From assembly GCA_963803705.1 (NCBI GenBank), contig CAWDNU010000004.1, forward strand, positions 608,001 through 672,000: a DNA stretch of 64,000 nucleotides, in the 5' to 3' direction. Below, in pieces: positions 32,775 to 41,962 of this stretch. The notes under the pieces were generated by a model. That model did not search any database and was not told the origin of the DNA. It saw only the letters and a list, made by a program, of their open reading frames with translations. A program made the position numbers and the translations under genes. Each line of letters begins with the position of its first letter. Position 1 is the first letter of the stretch. The stretch is from an uncultured Pseudobdellovibrionaceae bacterium (GTDB taxonomy: Bacteria > Bdellovibrionota > Bdellovibrionia > Bdellovibrionales > UBA1609).

Positions 32775-32897
32775 AGTTTGAATGTAATTCAGATAATGGT
32801 GTTTGTCTTCACGACATAAAAGAAAATTCACACTTTTCGTATAGCAAAATATACTTAATTTATTTTAACCCACTTGCAATGGGAACATTAGCGTAAA

Positions 32898-34586
32898 TCA
32901 AGCTGCCCTTAAAGAGCCTTGTGCTTTCACAAGTTCAATGAGCTTATTCACATTTTCAACATATTCCGTTTTTACATAAGATAACCCTAGCACTCCAGAT
33001 TCACTGGTGAATCTAATTTGCGCTACAAATTCGATATCATTTTTGAGTTCGGAACAATCAAGGGTTACTTTAACAACTTCGCCTAATACCAGAGGGCCAA
33101 AACCGGTAGCACCGATCCCTGATAAACTAAGATTTTCAAGCTGTCCGATCTGTGTATTCCCGTTGAATTCTATTTTGACAGTACCACTATATGCAAAGCG
33201 CTCGTGTCGTCTAAAACCAATACCCAGTTGAACAGAAATTTGAGGTGTGTCGTAAAGATTCTGCCAATCTTTCATGCCCTTCTTCCAAAGGTAAACAAAG
33301 TCTGGGTTTTTAAAACTGTCAAGTTTTTTAAAAAGTGTTTCCACGTTCATCGGACCCTCTGACTCGCCGTCATAAGCGACGAACCAAACTGGCGCTTCTA
33401 GCAATTTTTTTTGCTCTATATGTTGAGCCACTTCTTTTAATTGAGCCACGTTAGTTTTTTCATTTAATCCCAAATCAGTCGACCGCACATCTGTGGTTTT
33501 ATCAGCTATTCTAACTGATTTTTCGCCTTGAACCTTTTGTTGTATTTCATCTGAAGATTCAGTTAACAGGTCTTGGTCACTGCTTAGGCTAAACTCTTCT
33601 AGTGATGCTGTTTTTTTTATTTCGCTATCAACATCAATTTCTAAATTGTAGTCCTCTGAAGCCTGGTCACTTTGACCAAGAGCTAAGTTGTCAGAGCTTA
33701 AATCAAACTCGTCGATATCTAGCGCTTTACTTTGCACTTTTGTGGCTTCACCCGATTGAAGCTCCAAACTTAAATCATCCATACTTTGCACTTTAGTAGG
33801 ACCATCATCTTCAATATCTTCTAAGTTCAAATCAAAATTTTCAAAATTTTGAACTTTAGTTGCGCTTTTAGGGTCTGCAGAATCTGTGGCGCGTGCATCT
33901 TCTGCAGTCTGTATCTCTGTTGGGCTTTCTTCTACAGTTTCTGAAGTAACATCAATTAAGCTTTGTATTTTGGTAGATCCATCTTGTTCGGCTTGGCCTA
34001 AACCTAAGTTGTCGCGGCTCTGTACTTTTGTGGCACTATCGTCATCTGAATCTGAGGTCGCGGGCTCTTGAGTAAGGTCTTCCATGGTCGCTTGAATAAG
34101 TGTATGGCCTTCTTCATCTACAACAGGTTGATCCAGGATATTGTTAAGCTGATTATGTAGTACGATTGAAACTTCTTCTTCAGTGTCAGCTGAGCTATCA
34201 CTATCAGAAAATATGTCATCAACATTAGGTATTAGGGGTAAAGGGGCTAGATTCACCTGTGGTGCACCTTCGGGTTCGTACACTTGTGTTTCAGCAGAAT
34301 CATTATGCTGCTGTGTATCATGCTGCATGTTGGATTCTGGTCTAATTTTGAAAATTTTAGACTTTTCTGGTTTTTCGTTTGATTCGGGATTTATCAAGAT
34401 ACCAAGGTCAGGCTTAATATTAAAGGCGCCTTGGCTTAACTGATAAGACCAATCTTTAAATAACAACCACTCATCACAGTTAAGTCCCCATACCAAAACA
34501 TTTTGACTATTGTAATCAGATAAAACTTTTTCTGAGTTTACGGGTCCTAATACTGTTCCGCTTTTTAATACAAACCACGATTGCAT
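32898..34586 (-). CDS. GYF_2 (DUF4339)-acidic linker-GYF_2-PilZ protein
   Basis: WFV...GP...W motifs at the N-terminus and before the C-terminal domain; PilZ RRHER and NLSLSG. Confidence 0.85.
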   Translation of the reverse strand: MQSWFVLKSGTVLGPVNSEKVLSDYNSQNVLVWGLNCDEWLLFKDWSYQLSQGAFNIKPDLGILINPESNEKPEKSKIFKIRPESNMQHDTQQHNDSAETQVYEPEGAPQVNLAPLPLIPNVDDIFSDSDSSADTEEEVSIVLHNQLNNILDQPVVDEEGHTLIQATMEDLTQEPATSDSDDDSATKVQSRDNLGLGQAEQDGSTKIQSLIDVTSETVEESPTEIQTAEDARATDSADPKSATKVQNFENFDLNLEDIEDDGPTKVQSMDDLSLELQSGEATKVQSKALDIDEFDLSSDNLALGQSDQASEDYNLEIDVDSEIKKTASLEEFSLSSDQDLLTESSDEIQQKVQGEKSVRIADKTTDVRSTDLGLNEKTNVAQLKEVAQHIEQKKLLEAPVWFVAYDGESEGPMNVETLFKKLDSFKNPDFVYLWKKGMKDWQNLYDTPQISVQLGIGFRRHERFAYSGTVKIEFNGNTQIGQLENLSLSGIGATGFGPLVLGEVVKVTLDCSELKNDIEFVAQIRFTSESGVLGLSYVKTEYVENVNKLIELVKAQGSLRAA

Positions 34587-34591
34587 ATGGC

Positions 34592-34620
34592 TTTATCGGT
34601 TTTAATAGATTCACCATTAA
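34592..34620 (-). promoter_or_regulatory. sigma28-type promoter, 5 nt from the ATG
   Basis: TTAAT-N16-CCGATAAA-GCCAT-ATG. Confidence 0.65.
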
Positions 34621-34652
34621 ATTTAAAACAAGCCTTAAGGCTTGTTTTAAAT
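34621..34652. terminator. Perfect 32-bp palindrome after phoH (terminator-like)
   Basis: ATTTAAAACAAGCCTTAAGGCTTGTTTTAAAT. Confidence 0.75.
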
Positions 34653-34657
34653 AAAAA

Positions 34658-36007
34658 TTATAAAATATTTGCAGCTAGTTCCGCTAAATCAGACCGCTCA
34701 CCCTTAGATAAGGTCACGTGGGCTGCTATTGAGTGACCTTTAAATCTTTCTACTGAATAGCTTAAGCCGCTATTGGCTGCATCAACATAAGGGTTATCAA
34801 TTTGATATCTATCACCAGTTAAAACAACCTTTGTGCCTTCACCGGCTCTAGTAACAATAGTCTTAATTTCGTGAGGGGTTAGATTTTGCGCCTCGTCCAC
34901 AATTAAATACTGGTTCGGAATGCTGCGCCCTCTTATGTAGGTAAGAGGTTCAATGTTTAACATGCCTTGATTTATAAGCTCTTGTGCTCGCCCTGCAGCC
35001 TTTTTATCTGCACCCATTAAATACTCTACGTTATCAAAAATTGGCTGCATCCACGGGTTTAACTTTTGTTCCACATCCCCGGGGAGGTATCCAATGTCAC
35101 GCCCCATAGGAAAAATTGGACGTGAAACCAGAAGCCTTTGAAAGCGTCCTTCATCTAATGTTTTGTAAAGTCCTGCAGCTAAAGCCATTAAGGTTTTTCC
35201 GGTGCCCGCTTTACCAATTAAAGATACGAATAAAACTTCATCATTAAGTAGAGCATCAATGGCGAAACTTTGTTCTACATTTCTTGGATGAATTCCCCAA
35301 AGGCTATCTGTCGGAGTGATCAAGGGAATTACAGTACCCTCGTCTTTCACAAAACGTCCTATTGCGCTGTGATTTGGATTGTTTTTATCTTTTAAAACAA
35401 CATACCCATTTGCTAACAACTGATTATTCTCTGGAGCGGTCACAACTTTATTTTCATAGAAACTATCTATGACTGAAGATTCAACTTCGATTTCTGTGCT
35501 GCCAGTGTAATAGTCATCGTTTGAACCAACGCTAGTAGGTTCATAATCTTTTGCTTCGATACCGAAAACGTCTGCCTTAATTCTTAAATTTATATCTTTA
35601 GTGACCAAAGTTATGGTTTCGCCTACATATTTTTTTTGTAAATACATAGCTGTGCCTAAAATTCTGTTGTCAGCTTTTTGCTTGTCTAACTCTTCAGGTA
35701 ATCCCTCGACTTCAATATCGATCTGCACGAACATCTTAGAATTAGAAGTTTCATCAAAAGACACGCCTTGGGCAAGTTTACCTTTTTCTCTTAAGACATC
35801 TACAAAGCGGCTAAAGTGCCTAGCATTTTTACCGTTTTCACCTAGATCTCTTTTAAAGCGATCGATTTCCTCTATAACTGAAATCGGTATGTAAATGTCG
35901 GCGTTGTGAAATTTAGTCACCGCCAATGCATCAAATAAAATTACGTTAGTATCTAGTACAACTTTCGTGTTTACCTGCGATCCAGTTCCCAAAAAACTCA
36001 CCCCCAT
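34658..36007 (-). CDS. phoH: PIN-PhoH (PhoH2/YlaK-type) ATPase/RNase
   Basis: VLDTNV PIN domain, GKAGTGKT, YIRGRSI, DEAQN. Confidence 0.92.
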   Translation of the reverse strand: MGVSFLGTGSQVNTKVVLDTNVILFDALAVTKFHNADIYIPISVIEEIDRFKRDLGENGKNARHFSRFVDVLREKGKLAQGVSFDETSNSKMFVQIDIEVEGLPEELDKQKADNRILGTAMYLQKKYVGETITLVTKDINLRIKADVFGIEAKDYEPTSVGSNDDYYTGSTEIEVESSVIDSFYENKVVTAPENNQLLANGYVVLKDKNNPNHSAIGRFVKDEGTVIPLITPTDSLWGIHPRNVEQSFAIDALLNDEVLFVSLIGKAGTGKTLMALAAGLYKTLDEGRFQRLLVSRPIFPMGRDIGYLPGDVEQKLNPWMQPIFDNVEYLMGADKKAAGRAQELINQGMLNIEPLTYIRGRSIPNQYLIVDEAQNLTPHEIKTIVTRAGEGTKVVLTGDRYQIDNPYVDAANSGLSYSVERFKGHSIAAHVTLSKGERSDLAELAANIL

Positions 36008-36098
36008 CCTTATCTAAGGATACCAACTGGTTGAAGTGTGTGGAGCTTCTGTGCGTCATTACCCTTAACTTTTTAGTCACTTTAGATAACAGGGTTCT

Positions 36099-36626
36099 TT
36101 ATTTGTTGATATTAGAAACTAAAATGTCACCATCGTCTTGTTTTAAACTTGTTGACACTGTTTCTAAAAACTTAACAAAGTGAAAAAGAGCCTCTTCATT
36201 GACTGTGCCCTTGATAAAGTTGGCACCGTGCCTGTATATATTTTCTTCTTGGTCAAATCTTCCGTTAGAAACTTTTATAGTAAAAGGAAAGTAAGCTCCG
36301 TGATTGAGATAAATTCGCATGGACACTTCTTCGCCTATCTTAAATTTACCTAACTTTTTTTCTAAATCAAAAGAGACACCATGAGTTGAGATGTCATACA
36401 GGCAGACTTTTTTTAAACCTAAACCAGGTATAACTAAATGTGTCCCAATAAACTCGGTTAAAATTGTACGCTTCACTTTACGGCGGTTTTCTGCAATGAC
36501 CTGCTGTCGCAAGGATGTCATATCAGTCACCTGGTTTGCAATATCTCTGTCCTTTAAAGACTTTGTTTTTTTGTGATTGGTTTTGGCTTTCAACCTTTGT
36601 GTTATATCGATAACGTTACTAGACAT
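36099..36626 (-). CDS. PilZ-domain protein (probable start MSSNVIDIT at 36626)
   Basis: RKVKR (RxxxR) and DISTHG (DxSxxG). Confidence 0.8.
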   Translation of the reverse strand: MSSNVIDITQRLKAKTNHKKTKSLKDRDIANQVTDMTSLRQQVIAENRRKVKRTILTEFIGTHLVIPGLGLKKVCLYDISTHGVSFDLEKKLGKFKIGEEVSMRIYLNHGAYFPFTIKVSNGRFDQEENIYRHGANFIKGTVNEEALFHFVKFLETVSTSLKQDDGDILVSNINK

Positions 36627-36653
36627 GTCCCCCGACCCCCGCAGCATATGTAT

Positions 36654-36682
36654 CATATCGGGATGCTGTAGGTTAAACTTTA
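36654..36682 (-). promoter_or_regulatory. sigma28-type promoter
   Basis: TAAAGTTT-N12-CCCGATATG, close to the enteric consensus TAAAGTTT-N11-GCCGATAA. Confidence 0.7.
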
Positions 36683-36686
36683 GGGG

Positions 36687-37739
36687 ATGAACACAAAGGT
36701 TAAAATTAGTGATTTAAAGCATTGTCTTCTTGGTTTAATCGTTATCGTAATGTTGCTTTCAGCAACAGGATGCCAGATACCCTACATTATAGAGAGCGCT
36801 TGGATTCACCTAAAAATTATGAATTCTAAGCAGGACATTCAAAAAGCTTTAAAGAACCCGGACCTACCAGAAGAATGGAAAGCAAAGCTGTATCTAACAT
36901 TAGAGATAAGACCCTATATAGAAGATCTTGGACTTAAGATAACAAAAAACTACCAGTCATTCGTAGATTTAAAGCGGCCATACATCAGTCATTTATTAAT
37001 CGTGACACCTGCTTACAGTTTAAAAGTAAAAAAATGGTGGTTTCCGATCGTGGGCAGCTTTCCTTACAAGGGCTACCACAGCGAAAAAAAGGCCAGAAAA
37101 GCATCTGAATATTATACCAAAAAAAACATGGACACCTATGTAAGAGGTGTTACAGCATACTCAACACTTGGCTGGTTTAATGATCCTTTACTTTCCACCA
37201 TGATGAGGTACCCAGACCACGATCTTGTTGAAACAATCATTCATGAATCAGTGCACGCAACCATATTTATAAAAAATAATGTAGATTTTAATGAACAGCT
37301 TGCGGTTTTCATAGCTCGAAAGGCCACTTTAGCATATTACAAGAATAGATCTAAAAAGACCTACACTAAGATCCTAGAAGACCAAAAGGATGAAGACCTA
37401 TTCACAGATTTTTTAATGCAAAGCTATCGAAAGCTTAAACTTTTTTACAAAAACAAATCTAGCCACACATTGAAACAAAAATCAGAACTGTTTGAATTCA
37501 TAAAGCAAGACTACTCTGACTTTTTTGCTAGCAAGATCATCAATGTCAAATATGACTTCGTTCTTAAAGCAGATCTAAATAATGCATTTTTTGCGGCTCA
37601 GAAAACTTACCATATGAACCAAAAAAAATTTGATAGCGTCTATAAAGTGCAAGGTAAAAACGACATCAAAGAATTTATTAGATTGCTAAAATCTTTAAAA
37701 TCCAAAAAAATAATAGAATTATTTAATTTTGAAGATTAG
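36687..37739 (+). CDS. Putative zinc aminopeptidase lipoprotein (DUF2265-like)
   Basis: ATGC lipobox, WWFPIVG, AYSTLGWFNDP, HESVH...FNE. Confidence 0.85.
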   Translation: MNTKVKISDLKHCLLGLIVIVMLLSATGCQIPYIIESAWIHLKIMNSKQDIQKALKNPDLPEEWKAKLYLTLEIRPYIEDLGLKITKNYQSFVDLKRPYISHLLIVTPAYSLKVKKWWFPIVGSFPYKGYHSEKKARKASEYYTKKNMDTYVRGVTAYSTLGWFNDPLLSTMMRYPDHDLVETIIHESVHATIFIKNNVDFNEQLAVFIARKATLAYYKNRSKKTYTKILEDQKDEDLFTDFLMQSYRKLKLFYKNKSSHTLKQKSELFEFIKQDYSDFFASKIINVKYDFVLKADLNNAFFAAQKTYHMNQKKFDSVYKVQGKNDIKEFIRLLKSLKSKKIIELFNFED

Positions 37740-37751
37740 GGCCTGTGGAAG
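37736..37751 (+). repeat. Partial copy of the 31-bp GGGCCTGT repeat
   Basis: TTAGGGCCTGTGGAAG supplies the TAG stop of the aminopeptidase; followed by an ATCAGTT/AACTGAT hairpin and a T-run. Confidence 0.8.
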
Positions 37752-37789
37752 CTAACATGTCATCAGTTAAATTCCTAAACTGATATTTT

Positions 37790-38851
37790 TTAATCACTTT
37801 TATTGCCCCAACACACCTTTGTTACAAATCCTACTTTAGATTTTACACCTTTGAACCCTGCATCTTTTAGCATAGCTTCTAATGGGGTGATTGAATAATT
37901 TTTATAAAAAGGTTCGTGAAAATCTCTTGGGAAAAGCTCCATTATTGGTTTTAAGTCAGGGCGATCGTGAACCTGTATAGAGTCGACAATAAATATATGG
38001 CCACCAGGCTTTAAAACCCTAAAGGCTTCGCTAATAGTCTTTGTTCTGATATCTTTAGGAAGTTCATGAAACATAAATGTAGAACACCATGCGTCCTGGC
38101 TTTCAGATTTGATAGCCTGCAGATTTTCACCGGCAGCAACATCAAAGGTTACATTTTTAAGATTTTTGTATTCCTTATTACAAAAAGCCACATAATCTTT
38201 AGACAAATCTATGGCTTTAATCCTGGACTTCTTATATGTGTTTGCTACAGGAAATGTTGAGATGCCAGTTCCACAGCCTACCTCTAGAATTTGGTGTCTA
38301 CGTTCAGGAGCTAAGGATTCAACCATCGGCTTTAAAATAAGACGTCTCATGGCGTCTGCGGTTCCGCGAAACAAGATATCTACTTGATGATCATATATTT
38401 TGGCAGACTCTTCAGAGAAATAACCATCAGTCTGAAAGTGAAAGTTTCTTTTATAATATTCTGGCAAATCGCTGTGTTTTTTTTGCGCCTCTTTAGAAAA
38501 GACTTTTGATTTCTTTTCTTTTCGCCTTTTTGAAACGTTAAAAGAATCTCTGTAAACTTTAACTAGATTTTTAACGTGGGTTAACGGGTTTTCAATTCTA
38601 ACTGCAGAAAGGCCATATATACCATTATTAATATTTTCAACATCTTGCTGAATTAGATTTTTGACCTCTTCAAAAAGTTCTTTTTCGTTAAGTCCTTCGA
38701 CGGGTTTATGTAACTTACCGGACCTTATCCATTGATCTAAATAAATCAGTGGATAACTTTCAGCCAAATAAACCCCAGACCTTAGGAAAAAGGCACCTTC
38801 TAAAGCTTTTACTTTTAAAGTTTCGATTATATTTTTTTGATTAAATTCCAT
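37790..38851 (-). CDS. Class I SAM-dependent methyltransferase
   Basis: ILEVGCGTG, FMFHELP, RVLKPGG; N-terminal YYKRNFHFQTDG. Confidence 0.9.
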   Translation of the reverse strand: MEFNQKNIIETLKVKALEGAFFLRSGVYLAESYPLIYLDQWIRSGKLHKPVEGLNEKELFEEVKNLIQQDVENINNGIYGLSAVRIENPLTHVKNLVKVYRDSFNVSKRRKEKKSKVFSKEAQKKHSDLPEYYKRNFHFQTDGYFSEESAKIYDHQVDILFRGTADAMRRLILKPMVESLAPERRHQILEVGCGTGISTFPVANTYKKSRIKAIDLSKDYVAFCNKEYKNLKNVTFDVAAGENLQAIKSESQDAWCSTFMFHELPKDIRTKTISEAFRVLKPGGHIFIVDSIQVHDRPDLKPIMELFPRDFHEPFYKNYSITPLEAMLKDAGFKGVKSKVGFVTKVCWGNKSD

Positions 38852-38976
38852 AGGCTATTATAACTTAAAAAGACTAAAAATTGATACTTTGCCAGAAATA
38901 AGTGTTTTTAATGCATCAATTGAGATTCATTTACATCGATGTACTGAACTAATAGGCACTACTAATTATTAATAAA

Positions 38977-39007
38977 TTAGGGCCTGTGGAAGATTCATCT
39001 AGGTTTT
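38977..39007 (+). repeat. 31-bp repeat, copy A
   Basis: TTAGGGCCTGTGGAAGATTCATCTAGGTTTT, identical at 40949 and 52656. Confidence 0.95.
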
Positions 39008-40646
39008 ATCGAAGCCTTGGCGGTCTTACTCCGTTAGGTGCCAACCAGGTGGTTGCAAAATTCCATCCGGCGCCCACATAAGAACTTTGCTGAAGTATTG
39101 ATGTTGAGGTTAATCTACTGTATCCAGGTAAATCCCCTGGGTCTGCAGCCACAGTGACCGAGTCCACCAAAATATTTGGACCCCTATAATATACATTATT
39201 AAATGAGTAATTTGCAGTGCCTGTAAAAGAAAGGTCTCCAATAAGTGCAAAAGAATCTGCCAAAGAGCCTGACACAGCAAATGAGCGAAAATTTACATAA
39301 CTATTTGAGATATTAACTGAAGAGCCAGTAGCACCCGGATTTTCATATCGACCTATCAAACCACCTATCTCTGATGCATTAGCATTAATATCTATTGTAC
39401 CGTCAAAGTAGCAATGGTTCATTGAAAAATTTAGATTTACCGAATTTCTTATGTTCAAATGTGAAAGAAGTCCTGCGATTCTAGACTTATTTCGAACACC
39501 CGGTGTAGGTATTTGAATCAAGCCCCTTACACCAACCCTTACAATATTGACTGTCATATTAGTAGAGTTTCCCAGCGCTAGGTTCCCCGTTATTCCACCA
39601 AGTGCGCCAGATAAGGCGCTCCAATCAGCGGATGATGTAATAGTACCTGCCAAATCCACATCAGAAATTTCTAAAAAATTATTTGTTCCATTAGTCATGT
39701 GTAATTGACCAAGAAGAAGGCCTTCCCAGGCCCCTGATAATGGCTCTAAGGTTGTTAAACCACCTGAATTTTGGACATTTTGTATTCTAACCTCAGTGCC
39801 GGAAGTTCCGTTAGCAACAATTATTCCACCTATCGCACCATTAGTGTTTCCAACTGCGCTGGCAGGCTGACTTATATTTCCAGAATTTGAGCTGTTTCTT
39901 AGAGTTAGGTTTGATCCGTTAGTTATCTCTATAGCACCAAAAATACCACCCATCCGGTCAGCGCCTTCAATCGGCGAGCTATTCGCTAAATTTTCCAATG
40001 TGAAATTTGCCGAATTATTTAATCTCATAAGTCCCACCATAGTCCCTGTGCCAAAGTTATTTAGATTCCCACTGCTTACATACCGAAGCCCTCCACCTGA
40101 CGAACTGATATTGCTAAATTGTGAATTAATACCAAAGCCCAATAAAATTCCAGACCTACCGGAACTTCTAATAGTGTTGTTCACTAAATTTAGGGCTGAA
40201 ATATTAGAGCCACTGGTATGTGCGAAAATTCCAGCTGATATAGATCCGCTTGGACTGGTGTAGTCAATATTTTGAATGGTCGAATTATTGCCATTGTAAG
40301 TGCCGGTAAACGGTAGAGCTGCCGAAGGATTACTATTGTCATATATACCAACCGGTACAAATGTTAAACCTGAAAAATTAAGGTCGTTACCTTGGATAAA
40401 GTGGTTCCCAAAATAAGAAGTGTTGCTGGCAAGGTTTAAAAATTGAGTGGTGCTACATATAACGTAAGGGTCTACAGTGGTGCCTGTTCCAGATTGAAAA
40501 TCAGATGTAGCCGCCGGTTCTAAACAGCTTGCAAGAATACTTGAAGTGCCAAAGCTTGCGATATAATCAAACTTCGCACATCCAACCAAAGTGGTTAATG
40601 CTAATAAAGCAGAAAAATAGTTTAATGATTTAAACGAGTATTTCAT
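39006..40646 (-). CDS. Gly/Asn/Ser-rich surface lipoprotein (GLUG-like, adhesin-like)
   Basis: LVGC lipobox; GTGTTVDPYVIC, FTGTYNGN, repeated GGI/LxG, C-terminal GWNFATTW. Confidence 0.75.
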   Translation of the reverse strand: MKYSFKSLNYFSALLALTTLVGCAKFDYIASFGTSSILASCLEPAATSDFQSGTGTTVDPYVICSTTQFLNLASNTSYFGNHFIQGNDLNFSGLTFVPVGIYDNSNPSAALPFTGTYNGNNSTIQNIDYTSPSGSISAGIFAHTSGSNISALNLVNNTIRSSGRSGILLGFGINSQFSNISSSGGGLRYVSSGNLNNFGTGTMVGLMRLNNSANFTLENLANSSPIEGADRMGGIFGAIEITNGSNLTLRNSSNSGNISQPASAVGNTNGAIGGIIVANGTSGTEVRIQNVQNSGGLTTLEPLSGAWEGLLLGQLHMTNGTNNFLEISDVDLAGTITSSADWSALSGALGGITGNLALGNSTNMTVNIVRVGVRGLIQIPTPGVRNKSRIAGLLSHLNIRNSVNLNFSMNHCYFDGTIDINANASEIGGLIGRYENPGATGSSVNISNSYVNFRSFAVSGSLADSFALIGDLSFTGTANYSFNNVYYRGPNILVDSVTVAADPGDLPGYSRLTSTSILQQSSYVGAGWNFATTWLAPNGVRPPRLR

Positions 40647-40652
40647 TTAAGA

Positions 40653-40680
40653 CTTATCGGAATTATTAATACAATATTAA
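40653..40680 (-). promoter_or_regulatory. sigma28-type promoter, 6 nt from the ATG
   Basis: TTAAT-N15-CCGATAAG-TCTTAA-ATG. Confidence 0.65.
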
Positions 40681-40948
40681 TAAAAATAATGCATTTTATT
40701 AACTTGCCCACTTTTTTGATCTATAAAAAAACATTATTCAACACTTTATAAGCAGAAAATTTGAAATGTTGTTTTAAAACGATACAAAATTAAAAATAAA
40801 ATAGAAATTTGGCTATAATCAAGACAGATAAATATTCTAGTTAAAGTTTACGATCAAAACCTTTTTGCCTTTATCCTCGAATTATCTTAAAATGGAATTA
40901 GGCTAATCGCAGCAGCAAATACATCAAAATAATAGAGCTATGTTTTTT

Positions 40949-40979
40949 TTAGGGCCTGTGGAAGATTCATCTAGGTTTT
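40949..40979 (+). repeat. 31-bp repeat, copy B
   Basis: Identical to copy A; abuts the TAG TAA stops of the FHA-GGDEF gene. Confidence 0.95.
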
Positions 40980-40981
40980 TA

Positions 40982-41917
40982 CTACCCGATGGATACTTGA
41001 TTGCGGCCGCGTTTTTTTGACTTATATAAAGCCTGATCAGATTTTTCAAAAAGCAGATCCCAGGTATCTCCACCGGCATCCCGACTAGCAACACCAAGCG
41101 AAATTGTGATAGGCATTTTAACATTTTCAAATTCAAATTTATAAGCTTCAACGTTTGCCCGGATGCGCTCTGCAACTTCTGCGGCAACATGCAAGGGTGC
41201 GCCAGATAAAGCCAGTACGAACTCTTCGCCACCGAAGCGCGCAAAGAAATCTTCACCACGAGTAAGCTTGTCTTTAATTAATGAAGCCAAAGCTTTGATA
41301 ACGTAGTCACCCGCCGCGTGTCCGTAAGTGTCGTTTACTTTTTTAAAGTGATCAATATCAAAAACAATCAGACTGATTGGCATTCCAACAAGGTCAGATC
41401 GTTTAATAGCTTCTGGGGCATAAGCTAATAATGCACCTTTGTTGTAAGCCCCAGTCATCGCATCAATTTGAGTTCTGTCGAAAGTCTTCTGGTTTGAAAC
41501 TGCTTCAATATTACCTTTTTCTAAAAACTTAAAAATAACATTACCAACTTTGATCTGATCATTATTTTTAAGCGGCGCAGTGGTTAATGGAGAAACCGGT
41601 TTATTGTTAACAATTGTTTTATTAGTTGATTCAAGATCCATAATATGGGACTCGCTTCCGTGAACAACTATTTTTGCATGACTTTTGCTAATGCTTCGGT
41701 CATCGACATAAATTGTGCTAGAGGGCGAACGTCCAATCACCAAATTATCACCTTCTAGGCTCCACTGTTTACCGATACTACTGGCTGGACCAACTAAAAG
41801 TACAAGCGTAGGAGGCGTCTTGTCAGCACGCTCTAAGTGGACCTTTAAAGTGTCACTCGTCATGATGCTTGTCTTGTCTTCATCCTTAGGATCAAATTTA
41901 GCCATTTCTATTCCCAA
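40982..41917 (-). CDS. dgcB: FHA-GGDEF diguanylate cyclase, DgcB-like (ATG at 41905 likely)
   Basis: N-tail DEDKTSIMTSDT; FHA IGRS..SISKSHA..STNKT; DIDHFKKVNDTYGH and RFGGEEF. Confidence 0.85.
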   Translation of the reverse strand: MGIEMAKFDPKDEDKTSIMTSDTLKVHLERADKTPPTLVLLVGPASSIGKQWSLEGDNLVIGRSPSSTIYVDDRSISKSHAKIVVHGSESHIMDLESTNKTIVNNKPVSPLTTAPLKNNDQIKVGNVIFKFLEKGNIEAVSNQKTFDRTQIDAMTGAYNKGALLAYAPEAIKRSDLVGMPISLIVFDIDHFKKVNDTYGHAAGDYVIKALASLIKDKLTRGEDFFARFGGEEFVLALSGAPLHVAAEVAERIRANVEAYKFEFENVKMPITISLGVASRDAGGDTWDLLFEKSDQALYKSKKRGRNQVSIG

Positions 41918-41962
41918 CTTAGCAGTTTAATACATAATTTTATTTAAAGTGATTACTTCATA

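Noticed and set aside
37736..40979. Classical integron cassette array
   Set aside because: No RYYYAAC/GTTRRRY attC boxes, no long attC hairpin and no intI; kept only as a cassette-like hypothesis
40924..41259. 111-aa minus-strand ORF overlapping dgcB, and other short overlapping ORFs in the track
   Set aside because: Alternative-frame or antisense overlaps with well-supported genes; no independent evidence
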